Assembly (NCBI GenBank): GCA_013265495.1
Contig: MU058844.1
Location: 936,941 to 1,000,940, forward strand
Direction of reading: 5' to 3'
Source: Vicugna vicugna
Lineage: Eukaryota
Length of the DNA stretch: 64,000 bases
In this document: positions 13,362 through 27,311 of the stretch, in pieces
Layout of the letters: every line of letters begins with the position of its first letter
Numbering within the stretch: the first letter of the stretch is position 1
The notes under the pieces: generated by a model
What the model was told of the DNA's origin: nothing
Databases searched by the model: none
What the model saw: only the letters and a program-made list of their open reading frames with translations
Position numbers and translations under genes: made by a program

Positions 13362-16300
13362 GGTGGGAGATCAAGATGGGGGAATAGAAGGATGTGGAGC
13401 TCACCTCCTCTCACAAATACCTAAAAAATACAACCACATGTGGAATAATTTTCACAGAAGACCTACTGAATGCTGGCAGAAGATCTCATACAACCAAAGA
13501 TCTCATACAACAAACCAATGCAAGAAAGAGCACCACATAACCAAGTAGGATGAAAGGAAAAAAAAAAAGGAATCAGGAAGGGACCTGAACCCTTGGAAGG
13601 GTGCTGTCAAGGAGGAAAGGTTTCCTTACCCTGGGAACCCCCTTCACCAGCTGGAAGATCAGCCAGGATAGAAAGTGAGCTTCAGAGGCTCAGAAGAGAG
13701 TATGGCAACTGGTTTGTGGCAGGCAGAACAGATGATCCTGGCCACCTTGCTGCATTCCCCAACCTGAGATGTGTGTCTGCTGATGTGCACAGGGGCTGGG
13801 TGCTGAAACTCAGGCTTCAATGAAGAGGGTTGGGGTTGGCTGCGCTGAGACAGCCTGAAGGGGCTAGAGCCTGGCCCGGCCACAACCAGCGGTACATGCA
13901 AGATGGAGCCCAGGTCTGCTATAGAAGCCTCATTGTTAACACACATGTGAAGGGAGGGGAGGGGCCCCAATATAACAGCCTAATTCTCGGCATGCTCACA
14001 AACGGCATGGCTCCACCTCCATGAGCTCTTGGAGTGCACAAATGCCCACAGCTGCCCACACACAGAGCCAGGGCTGAAACCTGAGCCACGTCTGGCAGCT
14101 TTACACTGCCACGACCTTCGTAAACTCAGTGTCTGTGGGGCATCTGAGTGATTACTGGTGCTCCTGTGGCTGGGGTGGGTCTGGAGTTAGCAGCTGTGGG
14201 TTTTGCAGGTGTACACACAGAGGCAGGGCCTCTGCCTGCACTGATTCCGTAGCTCCCACAGCAGGTCCAGGTGCACGACTACACATGACTAGTGTTGGCC
14301 CTGGTGCCTGACTACGGTGAATCTGTGCTGGTGTTGTGAGCACAGTACTTGAGACACATCTGGGCCAATGCCGGCACTGCCACAGCTGAAGCAGGGCTGA
14401 GGGCAACTGCGGGCAACAGTGTACTTTGTGAGCCCACACACTGGGTGACACGATTCCTGGTGGACAGCTTCTCTGGAGGAACATGTACTCAGTGGCTCCT
14501 CTCCCAGTGGAAGCATTCCAGTCCCACCTACCCAGTACTGCAGATCAGAAATGTATCTGGGGGCTTCTACTCCAACAGCTGTGGAGCAGACCCCACCCCC
14601 GACAGGGCTAAGACAGCCACAGAGCAAAGAGGAGGCCCTGCTCAACATCCAGTGAAGGCTCTGGTCACCATAACCCCAATAACACCTCCTATCAAGGGAA
14701 TAACAGCCTGCACACACAGAGGAAAGACACGGCAGGCATCCATACTAAAAACAGTTCTCACAAAAAAAAGATTAGACGCGCACAAACTACACAGGGGCAC
14801 TCCCACACAAAAACAGCCCTTCAAGACCACAGTAGATAACTGTTACTCTTAAATTGATAGGGTCAGAGAAACATAAGGTGAAGAAGCTGAGGAACTACTC
14901 TCAATTAAAAGAACAAGAGCAATTCCCTGAAAGAACAAAGCAATGAAACAGATCTCTCCAGTCTATTAGATCCTGAATTCAAAAAGAAAGTAATAAAAAT
15001 ACTGAAGGAGAAAAAAGGCTATCAAAAGAAATGCCAATCACTGTAATAAGTAACTAGAAATTATAAAGAGGGGCCAATTAAAATTAGAAACTTATTTGCT
15101 GAGTGAAAAGCCAAGCTTGAGGCAATAAATGGCAAGCTAAATAATGCAGAAGAACAAGTGACTGGAAGACAGAACAATGGAAATAACACAATCAGTACAG
15201 CAGACAGGAAAACAAATAAATCAAAAATGAAAGCAATATACAAGATCTATGCGAAATAGAAAGCAAGCCAATCTATGCATAACTGGGGTCTCAGAAGGGT
15301 AAGAAAGAGAAAAGGGGATCAAAAATTACACCTGAAAACCTACTGAACCTAAAGAAGGAAACAGATAACCCAGTATAGGAAGCACAGAGGGTCCCCAAAA
15401 CAGATGAACTCAGACCTACACCAAGACATATACTTAAATGGCAAAGGTTAAAGGTAAAGAGAGTATTCCAAAGGCAGCAAGAGAAAAACAGAGTTAGTTA
15501 CAAGGGAGCCTTTATAAAAGTTTCCACTGATTTTTGTACAGAAACGTTGTAGGCTGGAAGGGAATGGCAAAATACATTCAATAAAGTCTTGAAAGTAAAA
15601 AACCACAACCTAGGATACTCTACCCAGCAAGATTGTCATCTAGGAAAGAGAAAGAATTTCTTAGATAAGCAAAAATTAAAAGAATACAGCAATACTAAAT
15701 CTATCCTAAAAGAAATATTGAAATGACTTCTCTAAATAAAAAAGCAAGAAATCTATAGAAAAGAGAAAATCACAATTGGAAAATAAATCAAGTAAGTCAG
15801 TACACAGAGTAAGAAAAAATTTGTGAAAGCAATGATAACTATAATGAATAGCAAAAGAATAAAAAAGGTGTTTAGGAGACATCAAAATCATAAAATATGG
15901 GGCAAGGGAGTAAGAAAATGTATGTGTTTGAGCCTGTATGACTACCAGTCTAAAGCAGGTAGATTTAAAAATGAGTTAATATATTTAAAAAACTGAGTAA
16001 CCATAAAGTAAAACATACAGTATATCCACAAAAACCAAAAACAAAAGAAAACTGTCAAACCACAAAAGGGAAAAACAAAAAGAAAAGGAAGAAAGAATAT
16101 AAAATCAATTGGAAAAAAGGCTTAAAATGGCAGTAAGTACATATCTATCAATAATTACCTTAAATGTTACTGGACTAAATGCTTCAACCAAAAGACAAAA
16201 AGTGGCAGACTGGATAGTAACACAAGAGCTACAATATGCTGGCCACAAGAGATCCACTTTAAGGTGAAAGACACATAGATTGAAACTGAGGTTATGGAAA

Positions 16301-17192
16301 AAGATATTTTATGCAAATGGAAATGACAAGAAAGCAGGGGTAGCAATACTCATATCAGACAAAATAGACTTTAAAAACAAAGGCTATAAAGAAAGGTAAA
16401 GAACAACACTATATAATGATAAAAGGAGCAATACAAGAAGACAGTATTACACCCATTAACATATATGCACCCAATATAGGAGGACTTAAATACATAAAAC
16501 AAATACTAACAGACATAAAGGGAGAAACTGAAAGGAAAACAATAGCAGTAGGAGACTTTAACATCCCATGGACATCAATGGATAGATCTTCCAAACCGAA
16601 AATGAATAAGGCAATAAAGATCCTAAATGACACTAGAACAGTTAGACTTAATTGATATTTTCAGGACATTATATTCAAAACAATTCCAGAATACACATTC
16701 TCTTCACACGCACATGAAACATTCTCTAGGATAGAGCACATATTAGGACACAAAATAAGTCTCAACAAATTTAAAAGGACAGAAATTATTTCAAGCATTT
16801 TTTCTGACCACAAAGCATGAAACCAGAAATTAACCACAGAAAGAGAAATGAGGAAAAAATGATTATATGGAGACTAAACAACATGCTACTTAAAAAAAAA
16901 AAACAAACCAGTCAATGATGAAATCAAAGAGGATACTGAAAAATATCTTGAGAAAAATGACAAGGAAAACACAATCACACAAATTCTATGGGTTGCAGCA
17001 AAAGCAGTCCTGAGAGGGAAGTTTACAGCGATACAGGCCTTCCTCAAAAGACAAGAACAATCTTAAACAACCTAACCTACCACCTAAAAGGGTCAGAAAA
17101 AGAAAAATAAACAAAATCTCAAGTCAGCAGAGGGAATAAATTAAAGATCAGAGAGGAAATAAGTAAAACAGAGATCAAAAAGAGAACAGAAA
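13362..17192 (+). mobile_element. LINE-1 copy A: 5' UTR, decayed ORF1, endonuclease part of ORF2; 3'-interrupted
   Basis: 5' end with caagatgg motif; ORF2 ATG at 16127; ORF 16416..16655 MIKGAIQEDSITPINIYAPNIG...VGDFNIP is L1 endonuclease. Confidence 0.9.
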
Positions 17193-17194
17193 AA

Positions 17195-17314
17195 GGGGAG
17201 AGGGTATAGCTCAAGTGGTAAAGTGTATCCTTGGCATGCATGAAGTACTGGGTTCAATTCCCAGTACTTCATCTAAAAATAAATAAACCTAATCCCCCGC
17301 CCCCCCCAAAAGAG
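17195..17314 (+). mobile_element. tRNA-derived SINE of camelid Vic-1 type
   Basis: GGGGAGAGGGTATAGCTCAAGTGGTA (A box), GGGTTCAATTCCC (B box), AAATAAATAAACCTAATCCCCC tail; TSD AGAGAACAGAAA at 17181-17192 and 17315-17326. Confidence 0.85.
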
Positions 17315-17326
17315 AGAGAACAGAAA

Positions 17327-20300
17327 GAGATAATGTCAAGATGGTGGACCAGTATGAACTTGATCTCACCTCCTCTCATAAACATAACAAAACCACAATT
17401 GACTACTGAGAAAACATTGATAAAAAAGACTGGAGCCTATCAAAAAAAAAAAAAAGATCTATGACTGAGACATAAAGAGGGAACCATAAAGAGGGAAACA
17501 CAGTGGGAGAGTAGGAGGGGTACACGCACAATATAACTGGGTCCCATACCCTCCCGGGATGGGTGACTCACAAGCTGGAGAATAATCATATTGCAAAGGT
17601 TCTCCCATAGAAGTAAGAGTTCTGAGCCCCACATCAGATTCCCCAGCCTAAGGGTCTGGCATCAGGAGGAGGAGACCCAGAGTGTTTGGCTTTGAAGGCC
17701 AGTGGGGCTTAACTGCAGGAGCTTCACAGGACTAAGGGAAACAGAGACTTCACTCTTAAAGCACATAGGCAAAAATCTCATGAGCACTGGGACAAAGGGT
17801 GGATATAGTGATTTCACTGGTGCCTTGGCCAGACCTGCATCCTGGTCTTGGAGAGTCTTCTAGGGAGGTAGGGGAGCTGTGGCTCACTTTTGGGACATAA
17901 AAGCTGGTGCTGGAAATTCAGGGAGTACTCACCTGCATTAACTTTCCTGGAGGCTGACATCTTGCTTGGGTCAATAGCATCAAGACCTAGACACACCCAA
18001 CAGCCTAGTGGCTCCACTGCTGGGACACCTCAGGCAAAAAAACTAAATGGGTGGGAACACAGCCTCACCCATCAGCAGACAGGCTACCTAAAGACTTCCT
18101 GAGACCACAACTGCCTCTAGACACACCTCAATACACAGCCCTGCCCAGCAGAAAGCCTGCACCCAGCTCTACCCACCAGTGGGCAGGCACCAGCTCCTCT
18201 ACCCAGGAACCCTGCACAAGTCTCTAGACCAGCCTCAACCACCAGGGGGCAGACACCAGAAGCAAGAAAACAATAATCCCACAGCCTTTGGAAGGAGTCC
18301 ACAAAAACAGGACAGATTCTACCCTCAGACCAGCTACCCCGATCCTCAGGCGACAAGAAGGGAGTGTACTACTGGGATGCACAAGACATCTCCTACAAAG
18401 AGCCACTTCTCCAATGTCAAGAAATGTAACTAACTTACCATATACATAAAAATACAAATAGAAATTTAGACAAAATAAGGCAGCAGAGGAATATGTTCCA
18501 GGAAAAAAACAAGAGAAAATCCTAGAAGAAGAAAGTGATAAGGAGATAGTCATTCTGCATGACAAAGAGCTCAGAGTAGTGATTCTGAAGATGATCAGAG
18601 AACTTGGGAGGAGAACAGATGCACAGAGTGAGAAGTCAGAAGTTTTTAACAAAGAGTTAGAAAATATAAAGAACCAAACAGAGGTGAAGACTACAATAAC
18701 TGAAGTGAAAAATACACTAGAAGGGACGAAGAGTAGGGTAAATGAGGCAGAAGAATGGATCAATGAGCTAGAAGACAGACTGGAAATCACTACTGCAGAA
18801 CAGAAACAAGAAAAAAAGATAAGTAATGAAGACAATTTAAGAGACCTCTGGGACAACATAAAGTGCACTAATATTTGCACTGTAGGGGGCCCCAGAAGCA
18901 GAAGAGAGAAAGGACCTGAGAAAATATTTGAAGAGATAATAGCTGCAAACGTCTCTAACTTGGGAAAGGAAACAATCACCCAAGTCCAGGAAGCACAGAA
19001 GGTTAATACAGGATTAACCTTAAAAGGAATACATCTAGACATATTATAATTAAAATGACAAAAAATAAAGATAGAGAATATTAAAAGCAACAAGGGAAAA
19101 GCAACAATTAACATACAAGGGAACACCAGCTATCAGCTGATTTTTCAGCAACCTCTGCAGGTCAGAATGGAGTGGAACAATATGTTTAAGGAGATGAAAC
19201 AAAGTCCTACAATCAAGAATACTCTACCCAGCAAGGCTGTCATTCAAACTTGATGGAGATATCCAGAGCTTTACAGACAAACAAAAGCTAAAAGAATTCA
19301 GCACCATTAAACCAGCTTTCTAATAAATGCTAAAGGAATGCTATATAGGTGGAAAAGAAAAGACCACAACTAGAAACAATAAAACTATGAAATGGAAAAA
19401 CACACTGGTAAAGGCAAACATACAGTAAAGATAGGAAATCACCCACAAACAAGCTTGGAGGAAGGTTAAAATACAAAAGTAATAAATCTATCTATATCCA
19501 CAACAAGCAGTTAAGGGATACACAAACAATTAAATGTAAAATATGGTATCAAAAATAGTAATCATGAGGGGAGGAGAGTACAAATGAAGGGTATTTAAAA
19601 TGCATTTGAAATTAAGACATCAGCAACTTATATCAAGTATATATATATATAAAAATACATATATAGAGAGATAGATATATATACATATAGATAGATACAC
19701 AGAGATAGACACGCACACATATGTATAAATTGCTATACCAAAACCTTATGGTAACCACGAACCAAAAATCTATAATAGATACACACACAAAAAAGAAAAA
19801 GGATCCAAGCATAACACTAAAGATAGTCACACCAAATCACAAGAGAACAAAAGAAGAAAGGGGAAGAAAGACTCACAAAACCAAAACAATTAACAAAATG
19901 GCAATAAAAACATACATATCAGTAATTTTCTTAAATGTAAATGAACTAAGTGCTCCAACCAAAAGATACAGTCTGGCTAACTGGATACAAAAACAAGACC
20001 CATATATTTGCTGCTTACGAGAGGCTAACTTCAGATCGAGAGAGACAAGAAAGACTGAAAGTCAGGGCATGGAAAAAGGTATTCCATGCAAATATAAATC
20101 AAAAGAATGCTGGAGTACCACTACTTATATCAGACAAAATAAATTTTAAAGACTGTTGCAGGAGACAGAGGGACACTACATAATGCTCAAGGGATCAATC
20201 CAAGAACATGATGTAACAATTCTAAATATATATGCATCCAACATAGGAGCACCTCAATATATAAGGCAACTAGTAACAGACATAAAGGGAGAAATGGATA

Positions 20301-23300
20301 GTAACACAGTAATAGTGGGGGACCCTAACAACCCACTTACATCAATGGACAGAATATCAAGACAGAAAATCAATAAGGAAATACAAGCCTTAAATGGACT
20401 TACTGATATTTATAGAAGATTCCATCCAAAAACAGCAGAATACACATTCTTCTCAAGTGCATAGGAAACATTCTCCAGGATCACATGCTGGCCCACAAAG
20501 CAAACCTCAGTAAATTTAAGAAAACTGAAACCATATCGAACATCTTTTCCTAACACAATGCTATGAGATTAAAAATGAACTACCAGAAAAAAACTGCAAA
20601 ACCCACAAACACATGGAGGCAAAACAGTATGCTAGTAAACAACCAATGGATCACTGAAGAAATAAAAAAATACCTAGAGACAAATCAAAACAAAAACACA
20701 ATGATCCAAAACCTATGAGACACAGCACAAGTAGTTCTAAGAGGGAAGTTTATAGTGATACAAGCTTACCTCAGGAAATAAGAAAAATCTCAAATAAACA
20801 ACCTAACCTTATACCTAAAACAACTAGAGCGAGAATAAACAAAACCCAAAGCTAGAAGAAGGAAAGAAATCATAAAGACCAGAGTAGAAATAAATTAAAT
20901 AGACTTTAAAAAATAATAGAAAAGATAAATGAAACTAAAAGCTAGTCCTTGAAAAGATTAGCCAAAACTAATAAACCTTTAACGGGACTCATCAAGATAA
21001 AAAGGGAGAGGGCCCAAATCAATAAAATTAGAAATGAAAAAGAAGGTAAAACTGACACCACAGAAATACAAAGAATCCTAAGAGGCTACTATGAGCAACT
21101 ATATGCCAATACAATGAAAAACCTAGAAGACATGGACAAATTCTTAGAAAGGCATAATCTCCCAAGACTGAACCATAAAGAAATAGAAAACATGAACAGA
21201 CCAATTACCAGTAATGAAACTGAATCTGTATTTAGAAATTTCCAACAAACAAAAGTTCAGGACCAGATGGCTTCACAGGCGAGATCGACCAAACACAGAG
21301 GAGTTAACAGCTGTCCTTCTGAAACTATTTCAAAAAGTTGCAGAGAAAGGAACGCTTCTGAATTCATTTTAGGAGGCCACCATTAATCTGATACTAAAAC
21401 CAGATAAAGATAATCCAAAAAAAGAAAATTACAAACCAACACCACTTACGAACACAGATGTAAAAATCCTCAGCAAAATACCAGCAAACCGACTCCAACA
21501 ATATATGAAAAGCATCGTACACCATGATCAAGTGGGATTTATCCCAGAGATGCAAGGATTGTTCTATATCCGTAAATCAATCAGTCTGATACATATTAAC
21601 AAAATGAAGAATAAAAACCATATGATTATCTCAAGAGGTGCAGAAAAAGCTTTTGATAAAATTCAGTATCAATTTATGATAAAAACTCTTTAGAAATTAG
21701 GCACAGAAGGAACATACCTCAACATCATAAAGGCCATGCATGACAAACCCACAACTAACATCTGCTCAGTGTTAAAAAGCTGCAAGCATTTCCTCTAAAA
21801 TCAGGAACAAGGCAAGGATGCCCACTCTTGCAACTTTTATTCAACATAGTTTTGGAAGTCCTAGCCACAGCAATCAGAGAAAAAAAAGAAATAAAAGGGA
21901 TCCAAACTGGAAAAGATAAAGTAAAACTGTCACTGTTTGCAGATGATATGATACATAGAAAATCCTAAAGAGGCTACCAGAAAACTACTAGACCTCATCA
22001 ATGAATCTGGTAAAGTTGCAGGATACAAAATTAATACACAGTTATCTGTTGCATTTCTATATACTAGCATTGAAATATCAGAAAAAGAAATCAAGAAAAC
22101 GATCCCACTTACCATCGCATTAAAAAGAGTAAAATACCTAGGAATAAAACTCCCTAGGAGGCAAAAGACATGTACTCCAAAAACTATAAAACATGGATGA
22201 AAGAAATTGAGGATGACAATAACAGGTGGAAGAATATACTGTGTTCTTGGAATGGAAGAATCGATATTGTTTAAATAGCCATACTACCCAAGGCAATATA
22301 TAGATTCAGTGCAATTCCTATCAAATTACCAATGACATTTTTCACAGAACTGGAACAAAAAATTTAAAATTTGTATAGAAACACAAAAGACCCTGAATAG
22401 CCAAAACAATCTTGAGAAAGAACAGAGCTGGAGGAATCAGGTTCCCTAACTTCAGACTATACTACAAAGCTACAGTAATTAAAAGAATATGATACTGGCA
22501 CAAAAATAGACATATAGATCAATGGAACAGAATAGAAATCCGAGAAATAAACCCATGCAGTTTTGGTCAATTAATCTTTGACAAGTGAGTCAAGAATATA
22601 CAATGAAGAAAAGACAATCTCTTCAATAAGTGGTGCTGGGAAAACTGGGCAGCTACATGTAAAAGAATGAAATTAAAACATTCTCTAACACCATATATGA
22701 AAATAAACTCAAAATGGATTAAAAACCTAAATGGAAAACTGGATACTATAAAATTCCTAGAGGAAAACATAGGCAGAACACTCTCTGACATAAATCACAG
22801 CAATATTTTTTTGGATCCATCTCCTAGAGTAATGGAAATAAAAGTAAAAATAAACAAATGGGACCTAATCAAACTTATAAGCTTTTGCACATCAAAAGAA
22901 ACCATAAACAAAATGAAAAGACTAACTATGGACTTGGAGAAAATATTAGCAAACAATGCCACCAACAAGGGCTTAATTTCCAAAATATACAAACAGCTCA
23001 TACAGCCCAATAACAAAAAAACAAATAACCTAATAAAAAATGTGCAAAAGATCTAAATAGACAATTCTCCAAAGACATACAGATGGCCAGCAGGCACATG
23101 AAAAGATGTTCAACATCATTAATTATTGGAGAAATGCAAATCAAAACTACAATGAGGTATCTATAGCCTCACACAGTCAGAAAGGCCATCATCAAAGTCT
23201 ACAAATAAGAAATGCTGAAGAGGGTGTGGAGAAAAAGGAACCCTCCTACACTGTTGATGGCAATGTAATTTGGTGCAGCCACTATGGAGAACAGTATGGC

Positions 23301-23690
23301 GGTTCCCTAAAAAGATAAAAATAGAGTTACCATATGATTCAGCAATCCCACTCTTGAGCATAGATCTGGAGAAAACTCCAATTTGAAAAGAAATATGCAC
23401 TCCAGTGTTAACAACAACACTACTTACAACAGCCAAGATATGGAAACAACCTAAATGCCCATCAACAGATGAATAGATTAAGATGTGAGACACACACACA
23501 CTGGAATATTACTGAGTCATAAAAAGGAACGAAATAACGCCATTTGCAGCAACATGGGTGGATCTAGAGATTATCATACTAAGTGAAGTAAGTCAGACAA
23601 TGAACAACAAATACCCACTATATCACTTATATGTGGAATCTAAAAAAAAATGATAGAAACAAATTTATATACAAAACAGATAGTCTCACA
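17327..23690 (+). mobile_element. LINE-1 copy B: near full length (5' UTR, ORF1, ORF2 EN/RT, start of 3' UTR), decayed, no poly-A tail
   Basis: ORF 18579..19049 is L1 ORF1p; ORF2 ATG at 19898; fragments [27 protein letters not shown] and degenerate FADDM at ~21936; many stops and frameshifts. Confidence 0.92.
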
Positions 23691-24700
23691 TCCATTCATG
23701 AAAAAACTCTTACCAAAGTGAGCATAGAGGGAAACATCTCAACATAATAAAAGCTATTTATGACAAACCCACAGGCAACATAATACTGAACGGTGAAAAG
23801 CTTAAAGCCTTCCTACCAAAGTCTGGAACAAGACAAGGATGCTGACTCTCACATTTCTCCAAAGACAAAGACGGGCAACGAGTACATGAAAAGATGCTCA
23901 ACATTGCTAATTATTAGAGAAATGCAAATCAAAACTACAGAATGGCCATCATCAAATAGTCTACAAATAAGAAATGCTGAAGAGGGTGTGGAGAAAAGGG
24001 AACCCTCCTACACTGTCAGGTTACTACAATGTAAACTGGTGCTGCCACTATGGAGAACAATTTGGAGGTTCCTTTAAAAACTAAACATATACTTAACATA
24101 CGATCCAGCAATCCCATTCCTGAGCATATAGCTGGAGAAAACTAATTCAAAAAGACACATGCACCCCAATGTTCATAGCAGCGCTATTTACAATAGCCAA
24201 GACATGGAAGCAAATGTCCATCAATAGACGAATGCATAAAGAAAATATGGTATATATACACAATGGAGTATTACTCAGCCATAAAAAGTAATGAAATAAT
24301 GCCATTTGAAGCAACATGGGTGGACCTAGAAATTATCATTAAGTGAAGTAAGTCAGACAGAGAAAGGTAAATATATGATATCACTTGTACATGGAACCTA
24401 AAATAGGATACAAATGAACTTCTTTACAAAACAGAAAGATTCAGAGACACAGAAAGCAAACTATGGTTACCAAAGGGGAAAGAGGGGGAGGGACAAATTA
24501 GGAGTTTGGGATTAGCAGATACAAACTACTATGTATAAAACAGATAACAAGGTCCTACTATATATAACACAAGGAACTATATTTAATATCTTGTAAGCTA
24601 TAATGGAAAACAATATGAAAAAGAATATATATGTGTAACTGAAGCACTCAGCTGTATATCAGAAACTAACACTAAATTAATTATACATCAATAATTAATA
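23691..24700 (+). mobile_element. LINE-1 piece C: ~160 bp of RT region fused to ORF2 3' end, 3' UTR and tail
   Basis: 23691-23850 repeats the RT segment homologous to ~21670-21830, then jumps to the segment homologous to ~23060 onward. Confidence 0.85.
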
Positions 24701-24816
24701 AAATCTGTAAATTTTATAATTTATGTATAAGTTTTATAATTTACATGTCATAAAATTTATACATAAATTCTATAATTTATAAAATTCTATTTATATAATT
24801 TACATATAAATTTATT
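24700..24816. repeat. AT-rich low-complexity repeat at L1 tail
   Basis: Repeated TATAATTTA-like units. Confidence 0.7.
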
Positions 24817-27197
24817 AAGAATCCAATGTGTTTAGGGGAAGTGAAAAGGATTGAAGTGCCCAAATAAAAATGTTCTCCTCATAAATCTGCTTTTGTCTGC
24901 AACACTGGTCTGGGGCAACCAGCATTCTTAGAATCTTGGGAAATTTACTTAAGCTCTCCAAACCCCATCTCTGAAATGTGGATGACACAAGTAAATACCT
25001 TAAAGGTTGGTAAGAGGTTTTAACAAGATAATCCACACAAAGTGCTGAGAACAATGCCTGACATGTCTTGAACATTCAGTCCATGGTAGGTAGATTTGTT
25101 AGCAATTGTTAATTGAGCAACACTGAGAGACCTGGTACAAAGTTCTCAGTCTGTTTCTCTGCATCACTTTAACAGTCTCTGAAAGAGTGCGGAGAATTCT
25201 CTACCCGTCAGCATGCACCAGGATAGTGTACAGATATTCACAAAGCCCAGCCCCACGTGATACGGAGAGTAAATTAGTCCCAGTGCAGTCATAGCCCAAT
25301 TCCAGGCAGCCCATTACGTGACACAGATAGAAGCTGTCCAACAATGTTTATATCAGAGCTTTAGACTGATTCGAATCCTGCCTCTGCCCCTGAACAACCA
25401 TATCTTTCAGCAAGTTGTCTAATTCTTCTAAGCTCCTGAAAAATGGGGATATCAAATCCCACAGGGTTACTATGTAGACAAAGAAATCAGAGATGACTAG
25501 CTTGTAGCATAGTGTCCGGCCACAGAACCAGTCACCTTTATTATTATTATTTCATTATTAATTATATATCATTATTACATGTATAATTATTTTAGATTAT
25601 AATTATATTATTATTATTTGTGTTGTTTTGCTCTGTACTCCAGGGCTGTGGAAAGCAGATTCACCTTCAATTCCTCCAAAGCCTCTCCCTGACCCCTCAT
25701 CTTTGTTTTGTGATGCTAACAGTTCCTTAGCAACAGAAAGTAGTCCTGAGGAGTTGGAAACAATCCTAGTAGTGAAGTGTATTGGAATATTTTCCCTTAA
25801 GACCTTCATCAAGGTTCTTTTTTTGCTACCTATTGGCCATGTCATCTTGCAAAAGTCACATGAACTCTCTATGCCTCAGGGACAAGTGGGGACAATATAA
25901 TCAACTTCACAGTTTTGTGCTAAGGATTAAGAGATGTTTGAGAAAATGTCTTGTAAAGCATTATGCATTATAAAAATATTACATGTTATCATTACAACAT
26001 TGCATCCTCCATTCCTTTCCCTAAATATTTTTGCATGCTATATATATTTCATATATAAATGTAAATTTCTATGTCACAAATGTTTGGGGTTTTCCACAGT
26101 TATTTGAAAATAGTGTCTGAGCCTTGTTAAATTATTCTCTGCCCTAACTTTGAAGGGAGAGGAATGAACCTTGATTCTTCCTAGTTTAGGGGCCTGGCAA
26201 TGAATCTCATCCATCAGCTTCCAGGGAAAACTTTTGCAACAAGATTATTCATACCTTTGGAAATATAATGAGCTTTCAGTTTTTAGGTTGAATAGCAAAG
26301 AAAACACTGAAAGGCTAAAGCTACAAAAATAGGGCCAAGTCTCTTCTCAAGATCATTCATGCCACGCCTAGGTTTCCTGGAACATCCAGCCACAGCAAAG
26401 GCGCATGATTCACAGCTAAGTTGTTGGAAACTGTGCATGGTGGCCGTTCCCCCCAGAGCTCTAAGGTGATGTCTGGCAGGGACTTCTTGCAGCTGCAGGG
26501 AAGAGTTTGTTTTCTGGAAAGGCTTGGACCATTTTCTTGGGTCATACAAAAGGGCTCTGGCATAATACTAAAAGGTACATACAGTTCAGACTAAAGACAT
26601 GTCACAAAAAGGAGCCAGAGGAACTTGAGAAGTCAAGGAAAAATCGTCCTAGTTTTACTTATTAATGCTGAAGGTCCCTAGCAGAAATTCCTTGTTCTAA
26701 GAAACACTTTGGGACCCACAGCCGCCATACTGGACAACTTCAGGGGCAGCATCTACATTTTGTCCTCAAGGGGGCACCATTCACATAGAATACAATGTAA
26801 ATGCTGTGTCAAACTTTTGTGCAACAGGACCTTGCTGGGACCAAAATCTGCCAGAGTCAAATATCTAGTCACAAACAAAGCCTCAGTTTCTCACTGTAGC
26901 TTTCTTATCAACTTCTTCCACAAACAAACCAAAAAACAAATAAAACATTTTAGAGTCCCAGCCAAAATTTCTGGAGGGACATTAGATGATTTAATGTTTC
27001 CAGATGTGCGCCATTTAAAATCCTAAGTGTGCAGTGGATATGATGTATTTATGAGGAATGTAGAGTTGTAGTTAAAATGCATTGTTGATGATTTATTTTC
27101 CTTCTTTCCCACTTAATTTAGGTCTAATAATTCCAAGTACCTGTTACATTCAAAGAATCTCAGGAAAAATATAAAGGAAAAGAAAATGGTACTTTAC

Positions 27198-27311
27198 TTT
27201 CATATAAATTCCAAAGTCATCTCTCTGCCTCAGGCTCTGAAGATAAAAGACAGCAGCTGAGTAATTCAGGCAGTAGGTCTGGTGGCTGTGACGCAGTCCT
27301 CCTCGGAAATA
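27198..27311 (-). CDS. PLEKHG7: PLEKHG7 DH exon (YFRGGLRHSHQTYCLNYSAAVFYLQSLRQRDDFGIYMK), 114 nt, intact
   Basis: ORF 27150..27359; ttctcctttggcag| ... AAA|gtaaag; DH motif Y-C-x-N-Y. Confidence 0.93.

Noticed and set aside
17195..17270. tRNA-like sequence
   Set aside because: Head of a SINE with tail and TSD, not a tRNA gene.
18224..19126. 300-aa hydrophobic minus-strand ORF
   Set aside because: Antisense shadow of A-rich L1 ORF1; not a membrane-protein gene.
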